Source of the DNA: Pristiophorus japonicus
Taxonomy: Eukaryota
Assembly (NCBI RefSeq): GCF_044704955.1
Contig: NC_091994.1
Location: 21,514,001 to 21,578,000 of the forward strand
Direction of reading: 5' to 3'
Length of the DNA: 64,000 bases
The notes under the pieces were generated by a model, which was not told the origin of the DNA, searched no databases, and saw only the letters and a program-made list of their open reading frames with translations. The position numbers and the translations under genes are program-made. This document shows positions 21,912 to 34,563 of the stretch, piece by piece. The stretch's first letter is position 1; the number at the start of each line of letters is the position of its first letter.

Positions 21912-24900
21912 TAATGTGTTCCTAACACAGACGAGACTGCACACAGGGAGGTTAAAGTAACAGTGACCTCAGTCTTTATTAAGACACTCCAGAGTGAGTA
22001 ATAGGCCTTAGGGGTCGGCATATATATTGAGACTTCAGGGGATGCGCTCCTTGGTGACGGAACATGGGAGTGCATGCTTTACAGATACACAACATCATTC
22101 CCCCCCAAAGTCAAAGTGAAAACTATTTACAAGGTGAGGCGGTCGGGAGCTTTTCTTTCCCTGGTGGACCGCCTCGGTACAAATGTCTGTTCTGGTGTGT
22201 TGGCTGTGCCCTCGCTGGGCTGGCGTGTTGTTGGCCCTGCAGGGCTGCTGGGTGAGCCTGGCCTTGCTGGGCTGTTGGGCGTGATGGGTACGATTTTCTG
22301 GTTCGTGATGGTGTCGTTGATCCTTTGGGTGTGTGTTGTGGGCTCGAAAAAGGTGGTGTCTGCTTTGGGTTGTTCAGGGCAGTCTGTGAACCGCTTTGTC
22401 CAGGTGCTTTCTGCAAATTTGTCCATTGTCTAGTTTGACTACAAACACCCTACTCCCTTCTTTAGCTATCACTGTGCACACGATCCACTTGGGACCATGC
22501 CCATAGTTTATCACATACACAGGGTCATTCAGATCAATTTCCCGTGACACAGAGGTGCGACCATCGTTTACATTTTGTTGCTGCCGCCTGCTCTCTACCT
22601 GATCATGCAGGTTGGGGTGAACCAGTGAGAGTCTGGTTTTAAGTGTCCTTTTCATGAGTAGCTCAGCCAGGGGCACTCCTGTGAGCGAGTGGGGTCTCGT
22701 ACGGTAGCTGAGCAGTACTCAGGACAGGCGGGTTTGGAGAGAACCTTCTGTGACTCGTTTAAGGCTCTGTTTGATGGTTTGTACTGCCCGCTCTGCCTGC
22801 CCATTGGAGGCTGGTTTAAACGTGGCCGAGGTGACATGTTTGATCCCATTGCGGGTCATGAATTATTTAAATTTGGCACTGGTGAAACATGGCCCGTTGT
22901 CACTGACCAGTATGTCAGGTAGGCCGTGGGTGGCAAACATGGCCCTCAGGCTTTCAATGGTGGCGGTGGCGGTGCTTCCCGACATTATTTCACATTCAAT
23001 CCATTTTGAAAAAGCATCCACCACCACCAGGAACATTTTACCGAGAAATGGGCCCACATAGTCGACATGGATCCTCGACCATGGTCTGGAGGGCCAGGAC
23101 CGCAAACTTAGTGGTGCCTCTCTGGGCGCATTGCTCAACTGAGCACACATGCTGCATTGCCGTACACAAGACTCTAAGTCAGAGTCGATACCAGGCCACC
23201 ACACGTGGGATCTGGCTTTTGCTTTCATCATTACTATCCCTGTGCTGTGGAGATCCGAGATGAACGTCTCCCTGCCCTTTTTGGGTAGCACTACGCGGTT
23301 ACCCCGCAACAGGCAGTCTGCCTGAATGGACAGCTTGTCCTTTCGCCGCTGGAATGGCTTGATTAGCTCTTGCATTTCAACGGGGATGCTGGCCCAGCTC
23401 CCATGCAGTACGCAGTTGTTTACTAGGGACAGCAGAGGATTTTGGCTGGTCCAAGTCCTAATCTGGCGGGCCGTGACAGGTGATTTATAATTTTCAAATG
23501 CTTCCATGACCATCGACAAGTCTGCGGGCTGCGCCACCACCAACAAGTTTGCAGGCTGCGCCATTTCCACCCCCATGGTGGGCAATGGTAATCGGCTGAG
23601 TGCATTCGCACAGTTCTCTGCCTGACCTGTGGCGGATGGTATAGTTATATGCTGATAGCACGAGTGCCCACCTTTGTATGCGGGCTGAGGCATTAGCATT
23701 TATCCCCTTGTTTTCAGCGAACAGGGATATGAGGGGCTTAGAAACATAGAAACATAGAAAATAGGTGCAGGAGTAGGCCATTCGGCCCTTCGAGCCTGCA
23801 CCGCCATTCAATAAGATCATGGCTGATTATTCCCTCACCCCTTTCCTGCTTTCTCTCCATACCCCTTGATTCCCTTAGCCGTATGGGCCATATCTAACTC
23901 CCTCTTGAATATATCCAATGAACTGGCATCAACAACACTTTGCAGCAGGGAATTCTACAGGTTAACAACTCTCTGTGTGAAGAAGTTTCTCCTCATCTCA
24001 GTCTTAAATGGCCTACCCTTTATCCTAAGACTTTGTCCACTGGTTCTGGACTTCCTCAACATCGGGAACATTCTTCCCGCATCTAACCTGTCCAGTCCCG
24101 TCAGATTCTTATAGGTTTCTACGAGATCCCCTCTCTTCCTTCTAAACTCCAGTGAATAAAGGCCCAGTTGATCCAGTCTCTCCTCATATGGCAGTCCAGC
24201 CATGCCTGGAATTAGTCTGGTGAACCTTCGCTGCACTCCCTCAATAGCAAGAACATCCTTCCTCAGATTAGGAGAACAAAACTAACACAACATTCCAAGT
24301 GAGGCCTCACCAAGGCCCTGTACAACTGCAGTAAGACCTCCCTGCTCCTATACTCAAATCCCCTAGCTATGAAGGCTAACATACCATTTGCCTTCTTCAC
24401 CGTCTGTTGTACCTGCATGCCAACTTCAATGACTGATGAACCATGACACCCAGGTCTCGTTGCACCTCCCCTTTTCCGAATCTGCCGCCATTCAGATAAT
24501 ATTCTGCCTTCACGTTTTTGCCCCCAAAATGGATAACCTCACATTTATCCACATTATACTGCATTTGCCCACTCACCTAACCTGTCCAAGTCACCCTGCA
24601 GCCTCTTAGCGTCCCCCTCATAGCTCACACCGCCACCCAGTTTAGTATCATCTGCAAACTTGGAGATATTACACTCAATTCTTTCATCCAAATCGTTAAT
24701 GTATATTGTAAAGAGCTGGGGTCTCAGCACTGAACCCTGTGGTACTCCACTAGGCACTGCCTGCCATTCTGAAAAGGACCTGTTTATCCCGACTCTCTGC
24801 TTCCTGTCTGCCAACCAGTTCTCTATCCACGTCAGTACATTACCCCCAATACCATGTGCTTTGACTTTGCACACCAATCTCTTGTGCGGGACCTTGTCAA

Positions 24901-27900
24901 AAGCCTTTTGAAAGTCCAAATACACCACATCCACTGATTCTCCCTTGTCCACTCTGCTAGTTACATCCTCAAAAAATTCCAGAAGATTTGTCAAGCATGA
25001 TTTCCCTTTCATAAATCCATGCTGACTTGGACCGATCCTGTCACTGCTTTCCAAATGCGCTGCTATTTCATCCTTAATGTTTGATTCCAACATTTTCCCC
25101 ACTACTGATGTCAGGCTAACCGGTCTATAATTAACCATTTTCTCTCTCCCTCCTTTCTTAAAAAGTGGTGTTCCATTAGCTACCCTCCAGTCCATAGGAA
25201 CTGATCCAGAGTCGATAGACTGTTGGAAAATGATCACCAATGCATCCACTATTTCTAGGGCCACTTCCTTAAGTACTCTGGATGCAGACTATCAGGCCCC
25301 GGGGATTTATCAGCCTTCAATCCCATCAATTTCCCTAACACAATTTCCCACCTAATAAGGATATCCTTCAGTTCCTCCTTCTCACTAGACCCACTGTCCC
25401 CTAGTACATTCGGAAGGTTATTCGTGTCTTCCTTCGTGAAGACAGAACCGAAGTATTGGTTCAATTGGTCTGTCATTTCTTTGTTCCCCATTATAAATTC
25501 ACCTGAATCCGACTGCAAGGGACCTACATTTGTCTTCACTAATCTTTTTCTCTTCACATACTTATAGAAGCTTTTGCAGTCAGTTTTTATGTTCTCTGCA
25601 AGCTTCCTCTTGTACTCTATTTACCCCTCTTAATTAAATCCTTAGTCCTCCTTTGTTGAATTCTAAATTTCTCCCAATCCTCAGGTTTGTTACTTTTTCT
25701 AGCCAATTTATATGCCACTTCCTTAGTTTTAACACTATCCTTAATTTCCCTTGTTAGCCATGGTTGAGCCACCTTCCCCGTTTTATTTTTCCTCCAGACA
25801 GGGATGTACAATTGCTGAAGTTCATCCATGTGATCTTTAAATGTTTGCCATTGCTTATCCACTGTCAGCCCTTTAAGGATCCCTTGCCAGTCTATTCTAG
25901 CCAATTCATGCCTCATACCGTCGAAGTTGCCTTTCCTTAAGTTCAGGACCCTAGTTTCCGAATTAACTGTGTCACTCTCCATCTTAATAAAGAATTCTAT
26001 CATATTATGGTCACTCTTCCCCAAGGGGCCTCGCACAACAAGATTGCTAATTAGTCTCTTCTCATTACACATTACCCAGTCTAGGATGGCCAGCCCTCTA
26101 GTTGGTTCCTCGACATATTGGTCGAGAAAACCATCCCTAATACACTCCAGGAAATCCTCCGCCACCGCATTGTTACCAGTTAGGTTAGCCCAATCAATAT
26201 GTAGATTAAAGTCGCCCATGATAACTGCTGTACCTTTATTGCACACACCCCTTATTTCTTGTTTGATGCTGTCCCTAACCTCACTACGACTATTTGGTGG
26301 TCTGTACACAACTCCCACTAGCGTTTTCTGCCCTTTGGTATTCCGCAGCTCCACCCATACCGATTCCACATCATCCAGGCTAATGCTCCTCCTTACTATT
26401 GCATTAATTTCCTCTTTAACCAGCAACGACACTCTACCTCCTTTTCCTCTCTGCCTATCCTTCCTAAATGCTGAATACCCCTGGATGTTGAGTTCCCAGC
26501 CTTGATCACCCTGGAGCCATGTCTCCGTGATGCCAATTACATCATATCCATTAACTGCTGTCTGCGCAGTTAATTCGTCGACGTTATTTCGAATACTCCT
26601 CGCATTGAGGCACATAGCCTTCAGGCTTGTCTTTTTAACACACTTTGCCCCTTTAGAATTTTGCTGTAATGTGGCCCTTTTTGTTTTTTGCCTTGGGTTT
26701 CTCTGCTCGCCACTTTTACTATTCTCCTTTCTATCTTTTGCTTCTGCCTCCATTTTATTTCCCTCTGTCTCCCTGCATAGGTTCCTGCCATGTTAGTTTA
26801 ATTCCTCCCCAACAGCACTAGCAAGCACTCCCCCCAGGATATTGGTTCCGGTCCTGCCCAGGTGCAGACCGTCCGGTTTATACTGGTCCCACCTCCCCCA
26901 GAACCGGTTCCAATGTCCCAGGAATTTGAATCCCTCCCTTTTGCACCACTCCTCAAGCCACATCTTCATCTGAGCTATCCTGCGATTCCTACTCTGACTA
27001 GCACATGGCACTGGTAGCAATTCTGAGATTACTACTTGTGATCGGTTTCCAGCTCAAATTTGAGGCCAAACAGGTACTGATGCATTTTCTTTACCCCGAA
27101 CACAGACGCTAATGCCTCTTTCTCAATCATGCTGTGGGCCCTCTCAGCCTTAGACAAGGTCCTGGAGGCATAGGCGACAGGATGCAACTTCCCCGCAATG
27201 TTAGTTTGTTGTAATACACACCCGACTCCGTACGACGACGCATCACATGCTAGCACAAGTCTTTTACACAGGTTATACAATACAAGCAGCTTGTTGGAGC
27301 ATAAAATGTTTCTGGCTTTCTCAAAAGCAATTACTTGGTTTTTTCCCCATACCCAGTTCTCACCTTTACGCAATAACACATGTAGGGGCTCTAAGAGGGT
27401 GCTTAACCCTGGTAGGAAGTTACCAAAATAGTTGAGGAGTCCCAGGAACGATCGCAGCTCCGTGATGTTCTGTGGCCTGGGCGCGTTCCTGATAGCTTCT
27501 GTCCTGGCGTCTGTGGGCCGAATGCCGTCCGCCGCGATCTTTCTCCCCAAAAACTTGCGCCTTGTGGTGGATGGGTCATGCCTCTGGGACCAAGTGGATC
27601 CGTACCTTCGCCCCGGAAAAGTTTCCAATGCTTGGCTCAAAAAAGGAAGGAAATTTGTTAAGAACCTGGGTACATGAGGCCTCATCGATATGTAATAGCG
27701 TTCGGATGTCATCCCAGTTCCAGCGGATTTAGCCGAGCCAGCTCCTTCCAAGCAGTGTGGGGCCATCGCCTGCGACAATCCAGAGTGGCAGTTCGTGCAC
27801 CGTGCCCTCGTAGCTGACCTTGACCATGGCGCTGCCCAGAACAGCGATAATCTCTTTGGTGTACGTTCTCAGTTTCGTGTGGATGGGGCTCAGGGCTGGT

Positions 27901-29187
27901 CTGAGTTGCCTTGTTGCACCACAGTCTCTCAAACGTCTTTTTACCCATGATGGATTGGCTAACGTCAGTGTCCAGTTCCATGGCTACGGGTAAGCCATTC
28001 AATTTTACATTTAGCATTATAGGTGGGCATTTCGTCGAAAATGTGTGCACCCCGTGTACTTCAGCATCTGCCTCCTCTCTCTGAGGCTCGAAATTGCTTT
28101 GATCCACCATGGACCAATCTTCCTCTGCCACGTAGTGGTTTGCAGGTTTTGCAGAGCTTGCAGCTCGTCTGCAAGTTTGTTGGAGGTGCCTCATTGTTCC
28201 ACAGCTCTTGCAAACATACTCGTTGAAGTGGCATGAATAGGCTGAATGGAAGCCTCCACAACGCCAACAAGGTGTGAATTGCCTTGCATTCATCCTTTGT
28301 TGCGGACTTTGAGTCATCTGGGTCACCTGAGGCCTGCTGGCAGTTGCAGACTCGTGGGTTCTGCCCTGTACATTTCTGCTCGCAAACACAGTTCCAGTTA
28401 ATTTATGAACATTGCTAGCACTTGTGCAGTGAGAGATTTGTTTGGTGTTATCACTGGTGGACATAAACGCCTGTACTATTGCAATGGCCTTGCTGAGGGT
28501 GTCTCTACAGTCAAAAGTTTTCGTAGGATGGTCTCATGGCCAATGCCCAGTAAAAAAAGTCTCTGAGCATTTGCTCCAGGTAGCCATCAAACTCACATTG
28601 TCCTGCAAGTCGCCTTAGCTCAGCGACGTAGCTCGCCACTTCCTGACCTTCAGATCGCTGGCACGTGTAGAACTGATACCTCGCCATCAGCACGCACTCC
28701 CTCGGGTTAAGATGCTCCAGAACCGGTGTACACAGCTCCTTATATGACTTATCTGTGGGTTTCACTGGAGCCAGAAGATTCTTCATGAGGGTGTAGGTCG
28801 GTGCCCTGCAGACCGTGAGGAGGACCGCTCTCCTTTTTGCAGCGCCTCCTTCTCCGTCCAGCTCGTTGGCTACAAAGTACTGATCTAGCCGTTCGACATA
28901 GGCTTCCCAGTTCTCACTCTCCGAGAACTTCTCCAGGATGCCCACAGCTTGCTGCATCTTTGCGTTGGATTCGTATACGCGTCGTCAGTTATTGTGTTCC
29001 TAACACAGATGAGACTGCACACAGGGAGGTTAAAGTAACAGTGACCTCAGTCTTTATTAAGACACTCCAGAGTGAGGGGTCGGCTTATATACAGTGCTCC
29101 CAAGGGATTCTGGGATCCCTTGGGACTTCAGGGGATGCGCTCCCTGGTGGCGGAACATGGGAGTGCATGCCTTACAGATACACAACA
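21912..29187 (-). mobile_element. Gypsy (Mag-like) LTR retrotransposon B, nested in the gag zinc knuckle of Gypsy A; RT core deleted
   Basis: LTRs 28990-29187 (5') and 21912-22094 (3'), degenerate PBS at 28978-28987, PPT at ~22099-22112, TSD AAGGC/AAGGT. gag ORF 28511..28957, CWRCGGFH knuckle, RNase H ORF 27032..27778, integrase ORF 22863..23699. Confidence 0.93.
23740..27034 (-). mobile_element. CR1 LINE (ORF1 C-terminus plus EN-RT ORF2) nested in the RNase H region of Gypsy B
   Basis: ORFs 26793..27020 (DGLHL esterase), 25617..26753 (EN) and 24554..25264 (RT). (TTTCTATG)n tail at 23740-23760. Splits Gypsy LETDHK|PLISLF with AAG duplicated. Confidence 0.95.
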
Positions 29188-32100
29188 AAGGTTGTGCAAC
29201 AATGGGGCACCTTCAATGAATGTGTCCACAACCAAGCAAGCGTGCTGCGACACACCACGTGGCTGAGGATGATCGATGCAGCGTGGATCAAGTGGCACAG
29301 GCAACTCAACCCGAGGTACAAGACGAAGAAGTGTATGGGATACATTCTTTTACCAAAAGTCCTCCGATAATGCTGGAAGTTAAATTAAATAGGGTTCCAG
29401 TATCCATGGAATTGGACACGGGTGTGAGTCAGTCAATAATGAGCCAGAGGGCTTTCGAAAGCTGTGGGACACTCAGGCAAAAAGACCGAAACTGAGCCCA
29501 ATCAATGCGAAGCTGTGTACCTACACCAAAGAGCTCATACCAGTCATTGGCAGCGTGGCAGTAAAGGTATTGTATGATGGAGCTGTGCATGATTTATTGT
29601 TGTGGAACGTTCCAGGCAATGGCCCAACGCTGTTTGGCAGGAGTTAGTTTGAGAAACTGAAATGGAACTGGAATGATATTAAAGCCTTATCATCAGTGGA
29701 TGATGCCTCGTGTGCTCAAGTGCTGAGCAAGTTTCCCTCGTTGTTCGAACCAGGCATCGGCAACCTCACGGGAGCCAAGGTGCAGATCCACCTAGGCCCG
29801 GATGCAAGACCCGTCTATCACAAGGCTCGGGCGGTTCCGTCCATGATGAGGGAGATGGTCGAGATCGAACCGGACAGACTTCAACAGGAAGGAATCATAT
29901 CACCAGTCGAGTTCAGCGAATGGGCCAGTCCAATTGTCCTGTTGAAAAGTGATGGCACGGTCAGGATCTGCGGCGACTACAAGGTAACGATCAACCGAGT
30001 CTCAATACAGGATCAGTACCCGTTACCCAAGGCTGATGACCTGTTTGCAACGCTAGCGGGAGGAAGTCATTCTCCAAATTGGATCTGACCTCCGCTTACA
30101 TGACCAGGAGCTGGTTGAATCGTCGAAAAAACTGACGTGCATCAACACGCACAAAGGACCGTTTATATACCACAGATGCCCTTTTGGAATTCGCTCAGTG
30201 GCAGCCATATTTCAGAGAAACATGAAGAGTTTGCTGAAGTCCATCCCGAGAACCGTCGTGTTCCAAGATGACATCCTGATCACCGGTCGCGACGCCACCG
30301 AACACCTGCACAACCTGGAAGAGGTTCTACGTCATCTGGACAGAGTGGGACTCAGTGCGTTTTCATGGCACCAGAAGTCGAATTCCTGGGGACAAAGATT
30401 GCAGCTGACGGCATCAGGCCTCGAGGACAGTGGCCATCAAGTATGCACCCAGTCCCCAGAGTGTGACGGAGCTGCGTTCGTTGCTGGGTCTTCTCAACTA
30501 TTTCGGTAACTTTCTACCTAGTTTGAGCACATTGCTAGAGCCCTTGCACATGTTGCTGAGAAAGGGTAACGACTGGGTTTGGGACAAATCTCAAGACAGA
30601 GCTTTGAGAAGGCCAGGAACCTGCTATGTTCCAATAAATTATTGGTACACTATGACCCATGTAAACAGTTAGTGCTGGCCTGCGACGCCTCATCATATGG
30701 GGTTGGTTGTTGCTCCAGCAAGCCAATGTATCAGGCAAACTCCAACCAGTTGCATACACATCCAGAAGTCTGTCTAAGGCTGAAAGGGCCTATAGTATGG
30801 TAGAGGAAGAGGCTTTAGCATGCGTAGATGGGGTTAGGAAATTGCACCAATACCTGTTTGGGCTTCGGTTTGAGCTTGAAACAGACCATAAGCCGCTCAT
30901 TTCATTGTTTTCTGAGAGCAAAGCTATAAACACCAATGCCTCGTCCCGCATCCAAGGATGGGCACTGACTTTATCCACTTATGATTATGTCATCCACCAC
31001 AGACCAGGCACTGAAAACTGTGCTGATGCGCTTAGCCAGCTACCATTGCCCACAACCGGGGTGGAAATATCACAGCCCGCAGACTTGCTGCTGGTCATGG
31101 ATGCCTTCGATAGCGAGGGGTCACCTGTCACGGCTCGCCAAATTAGGACCTGGACCAACCAGGATCTTGTACCTGTACCACACCGTAAAAAGGTGTGTCC
31201 TAAATGGAAATTGGTCTGCCATTCCCAGGGAAATACAGGATGAAATTAAGCCTTATAGCCGCCGCAAAGATGAGTTGTCTATTCAGTCTGACTGTCTGTT
31301 ATGGGGTATTCGTGTTGTTATGCCAAAAAAAGGCAGGGAAACTCTAGTGCGGGATTTACACAGTACCCACCCAGGCAATGTCATGATGAAGGCCATTGCC
31401 AAGTCTCACGTTTGGTGGCCCGGCATTGACTCGGACTTGGAGTCATGCGTGCATCAGTGCAACACTTACATGCAACTGAGTAACGCACCTATGGAGGCTC
31501 CGCTGAGTCTGTGGTCATGGCCATCCAAACCGTGGTCAAGGATCCACATAGACCTTGCTGGCCCCTTTCTCGGCAAATTGTTTTTAGTGGTAGTGGACGC
31601 TTACTCCAAATGGATTGAATGCTTAGTCAAGTCATCCAGCACGTCCACAGCCACTATTGAAAGCCTCCGGGCCATGTTCGCCACCCATGGTCTGCCCGTC
31701 AGCGACAACGGACCGCGTTTCACGTTCGGAGTTCCACGAGTTTATGACCCGTAATAGCATCAAGCATGGCAGGTCTGCCCCTTTCAAACCCGCGTCCAAT
31801 GGTCAAGTGAAATGGGCTGTCCAAACCATTGAGCAGAGCCTAAAACGCGTGACTCACTGCTCCCTACAGACCCGCTTGTCCCACATTCTGCTCAGTTACC
31901 GGACGAGACCCCACTCGCTCACCGGGGTCCCTCCTGCCGAGCTGTTAATGAAGAGAGGCCTCAAAACCAGACTCTCCCTTGTACATCCGGATCTCAATGA
32001 TCATGTTGAAACCAGAAGTCAACAGCAGCAATGGTACCACGATCACGCAGCCGGATCACGTGACATTGCTGTTCATGATCCTGTGTTTGTCCTGAATTAT

Positions 32101-32488
32101 GGTCATGGTCCAAAGTGGGTTGCTGGCACGATTTTGGCCAAGGAGGGGAACAGGGTGTTTGTAGTCAAACTGTTAAATGGCCAAACGTGCAAAAGGCACA
32201 TCGACCAAACCAAACTGTGATTCACAGACAACCCAGAACAAATTGAAGATGACATCATCATCGACCAACCAACACACATCCAACCATCAGTTGACCCTTG
32301 TGTCATTCACAAAGACGAACCTACCATCCCCGACAGCCCTGTCAGATTGACTGCTCCGCAATGCAACAATGGTCCTACTAATTCACCCAAGCTTGGGTTC
32401 GAATTGAGAAGATCAACCACGGAGCGGAAGGCCCCAGACCGCCTCAACTTGTAAATACAACCTGTACCAAGGAGTTTGGGGGGAATTG

Positions 32489-32693
32489 TGTTATGTATGT
32501 TAACTGGGTTTTACCTGCCACTGGAGGGCGTGACTGTCGGAGTCCTAATGGTCACTGGCCGGCACGTGTAAGCCGTGTCTATAATGTTGGCAGCCATGTT
32601 GAATCCCCACTTTGAGAGTAAATAAACTGGAGTAAGGTCATGCCTGAACTAGCTCACCGTACTTAGCCTCGTGGAGTTATTTGATACTTAACA
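32489..32693 (+). repeat. 3' LTR of Gypsy A
   Basis: Direct repeat of 20964-21166, preceded by a polypurine tract. Confidence 0.92.
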
Positions 32694-32979
32694 ATTCCTT
32701 CATTGCTGCTGGAACAAAAGTCATAGAATTCCTACCTAACACCATCAAGGAAGCACTATCACCACTTGAACTGTAGAGATTCAAGGAGAAGGCCCACCAT
32801 CACTTTCCCAGACCAACTCAGGATAGGCAATAAATGCAACCTTATTGGTGTTGTCCAACAGTGAATTTAGAAGAATGTTCTGGCCAGAGACCTGCGTGCA
32901 CAACCTGGATATCTTCAGGGAAGGGAAAAGAAGTAACAGAGACAAAAATAAAAATAAAAAGGGTTTCATTTTCAGCCCC

Positions 32980-33590
32980 ACAGGACAGATTCTTGAACAA
33001 TAGGGGAGTAAAGGATTATGGGAAACAGGCTGGAAAGTGGAGTTGAGGCCAAGATCAGATCAGCCATGATCTTATTGAATGGGGATGCAGGCTCGAGGGG
33101 CCATATGGCCTACTCCTGCACCTATTTCTTATGTTCTTCTTCACAAATGAGTTATAAACTACACCATCACAAATGGAATAAAATGGGCACTGCATCATTA
33201 CCAGTTTCCTTTTTTATCTCAATCGCAGCAAATATAGCAACATAGGAGCAGGAGTAGGCCATTCAGCCCCTCGAGCCTGTTCCGCCATTCAATGAGATCA
33301 TGGCTGATCTGTGACCCAACTCCTTTGGCACATATCCGTTAACTTTTTATTAACCAAAGGTATTATCAATTTCAGATTTAAAATTAGCAATTGATCTAGC
33401 ATCAATTGCCGTTTGCGGAAGACAGTTCCAAAATTCTACTACCCTTTTTTGTAGAAGTGTTTCCTAATTTCACCTCTAAAAGGTTAGGCTCCAATTTTTA
33501 GACAATGCTGCCTAGTCCTAGACTCCCCAACTAGCGGAAATTGTTTCTCTCTATCTAACCTATCGGTTCCCCTTAATATCCTGAAAACAA
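32980..33590. mobile_element. Two CR1 3' fragments in tail-to-tail orientation (+ 32980-33138; - 33238-33590)
   Basis: Both carry the CR1 3' UTR GATCAGCCATGATC...GGCCTACTCCTG motif, on opposite strands. Confidence 0.8.
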
Positions 33591-34059
33591 ATATTTATAC
33601 AAATAAGTCAAGTGTAAATTTATTACAACATGATTTTCAAAAATGTTGAAACCCTGAAACAGGAGTCACTTTATTATATTTTGAGGAAGTTTATGCAACA
33701 TCAGCATATTGTGACATCTTAGAGACTTGATGGCCCAGATGTTGCGGTCAAAATAATAGTGAGACTATCAGCGCTCACCATTATTAAAGAATAAAATTTG
33801 GACCAATATCGAAGTGAAATATGCACACAATAGAATAAAAGCTACAATGTTGCATGAAAGAACAGATACTGTAATGATTTCCATTTCTTGCTGTGATTTG
33901 CAGTCTAATGGGTTTTATTTTCAGTCAAATAACTTGTCTGTGTAATAGCTTTCAGTGAAATGAAGCTTTGCAGTACACCCAATGAGTAATTTATATAGTG
34001 CCTCATTACACTCCTGGGATTTCCTCAAACACTTTAAAACCAAGGGATTACCTTTTGTA

Positions 34060-34563
34060 CAAAAGTAAAATTCTCTGGACCACTCCCACTCTGATCTCTC
34101 TGTCCTCGGCCTCCTACACTGTTCCAATGAAGCTCAACGTAAGCTCGAGGAACAGCACCTCATCTTTCTATTAGGTACTTTACAGCCTTCTGGACTCAGC
34201 ATCGAGTTCAACAATTTCAGATCAGAACCTGTGCCTCAAGTTTTTTGGATGGCAGCTGTTGCTGATGACTCTGATCTTCTCATTTACACCTCCTCTTTAC
34301 TTGTCCCATTACCATCCCCCTTTTGCCTCTCACTATCATCCCTTTTGTCAATTAATCCCTCCTGCCTCTCACCCTATCACAGACCTTCCCCTTTGTTCTT
34401 TCCTCCTCACCTTTTCCAGCCTCTGCACTTGGTTAAAACCTATTGCATCTCTAACCCTTTCCAGTTCTGACGAAAGGTCATCGACCTGACACGTTAACTG
34501 TTTCTCTCTCCACAAATGCTGCCTGACCTGCTGAGTATTTCCAGCATTTTCTGTTTTTATTTC
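34060..34563 (+). mobile_element. Penelope-like element 3' fragment inserted in a degenerate DeuSINE (33990-34860, minus)
   Basis: HSHSDLSVLGLLHCSNEAQRKLEEQHLIFLLGTLQPSGLSIEFNNFR (GIY-YIG C-terminus). 15-bp direct repeat GGATTACCTTTTGTA (34045-34059/34564-34578). Confidence 0.85.
34462..34500 (+). ncRNA. Minimal type I hammerhead ribozyme relic (Penelope-associated)
   Basis: Stem I CAGTT/AACTG, core CTGACGA, stem II AGGTC/GACCT, GAAA mutated to GACA, then CG-TT. Confidence 0.65.

Larger units (their letters stand above)
20964..32693 (+). mobile_element. Gypsy (Mag-like) LTR retrotransposon A, full-length but degenerate; gag-PR-RT-RH-IN
   Basis: LTRs 20964-21166 and 32489-32693, PBS TGCCGACGAG (tRNA-Ser(GCU)-type TGGCGACGAG), PPT ~32471-32486, TSD ATTAC/ATTCC. 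Domains: gag (21204-21911, continuing at 29188), protease LDTG, RT (ICGDYK, FQDD), RNase H (LACDAS, ETDHKPL) and integrase (HPG..WWPG..C..C, VVVDAYSKW, SDNG). Confidence 0.95.
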
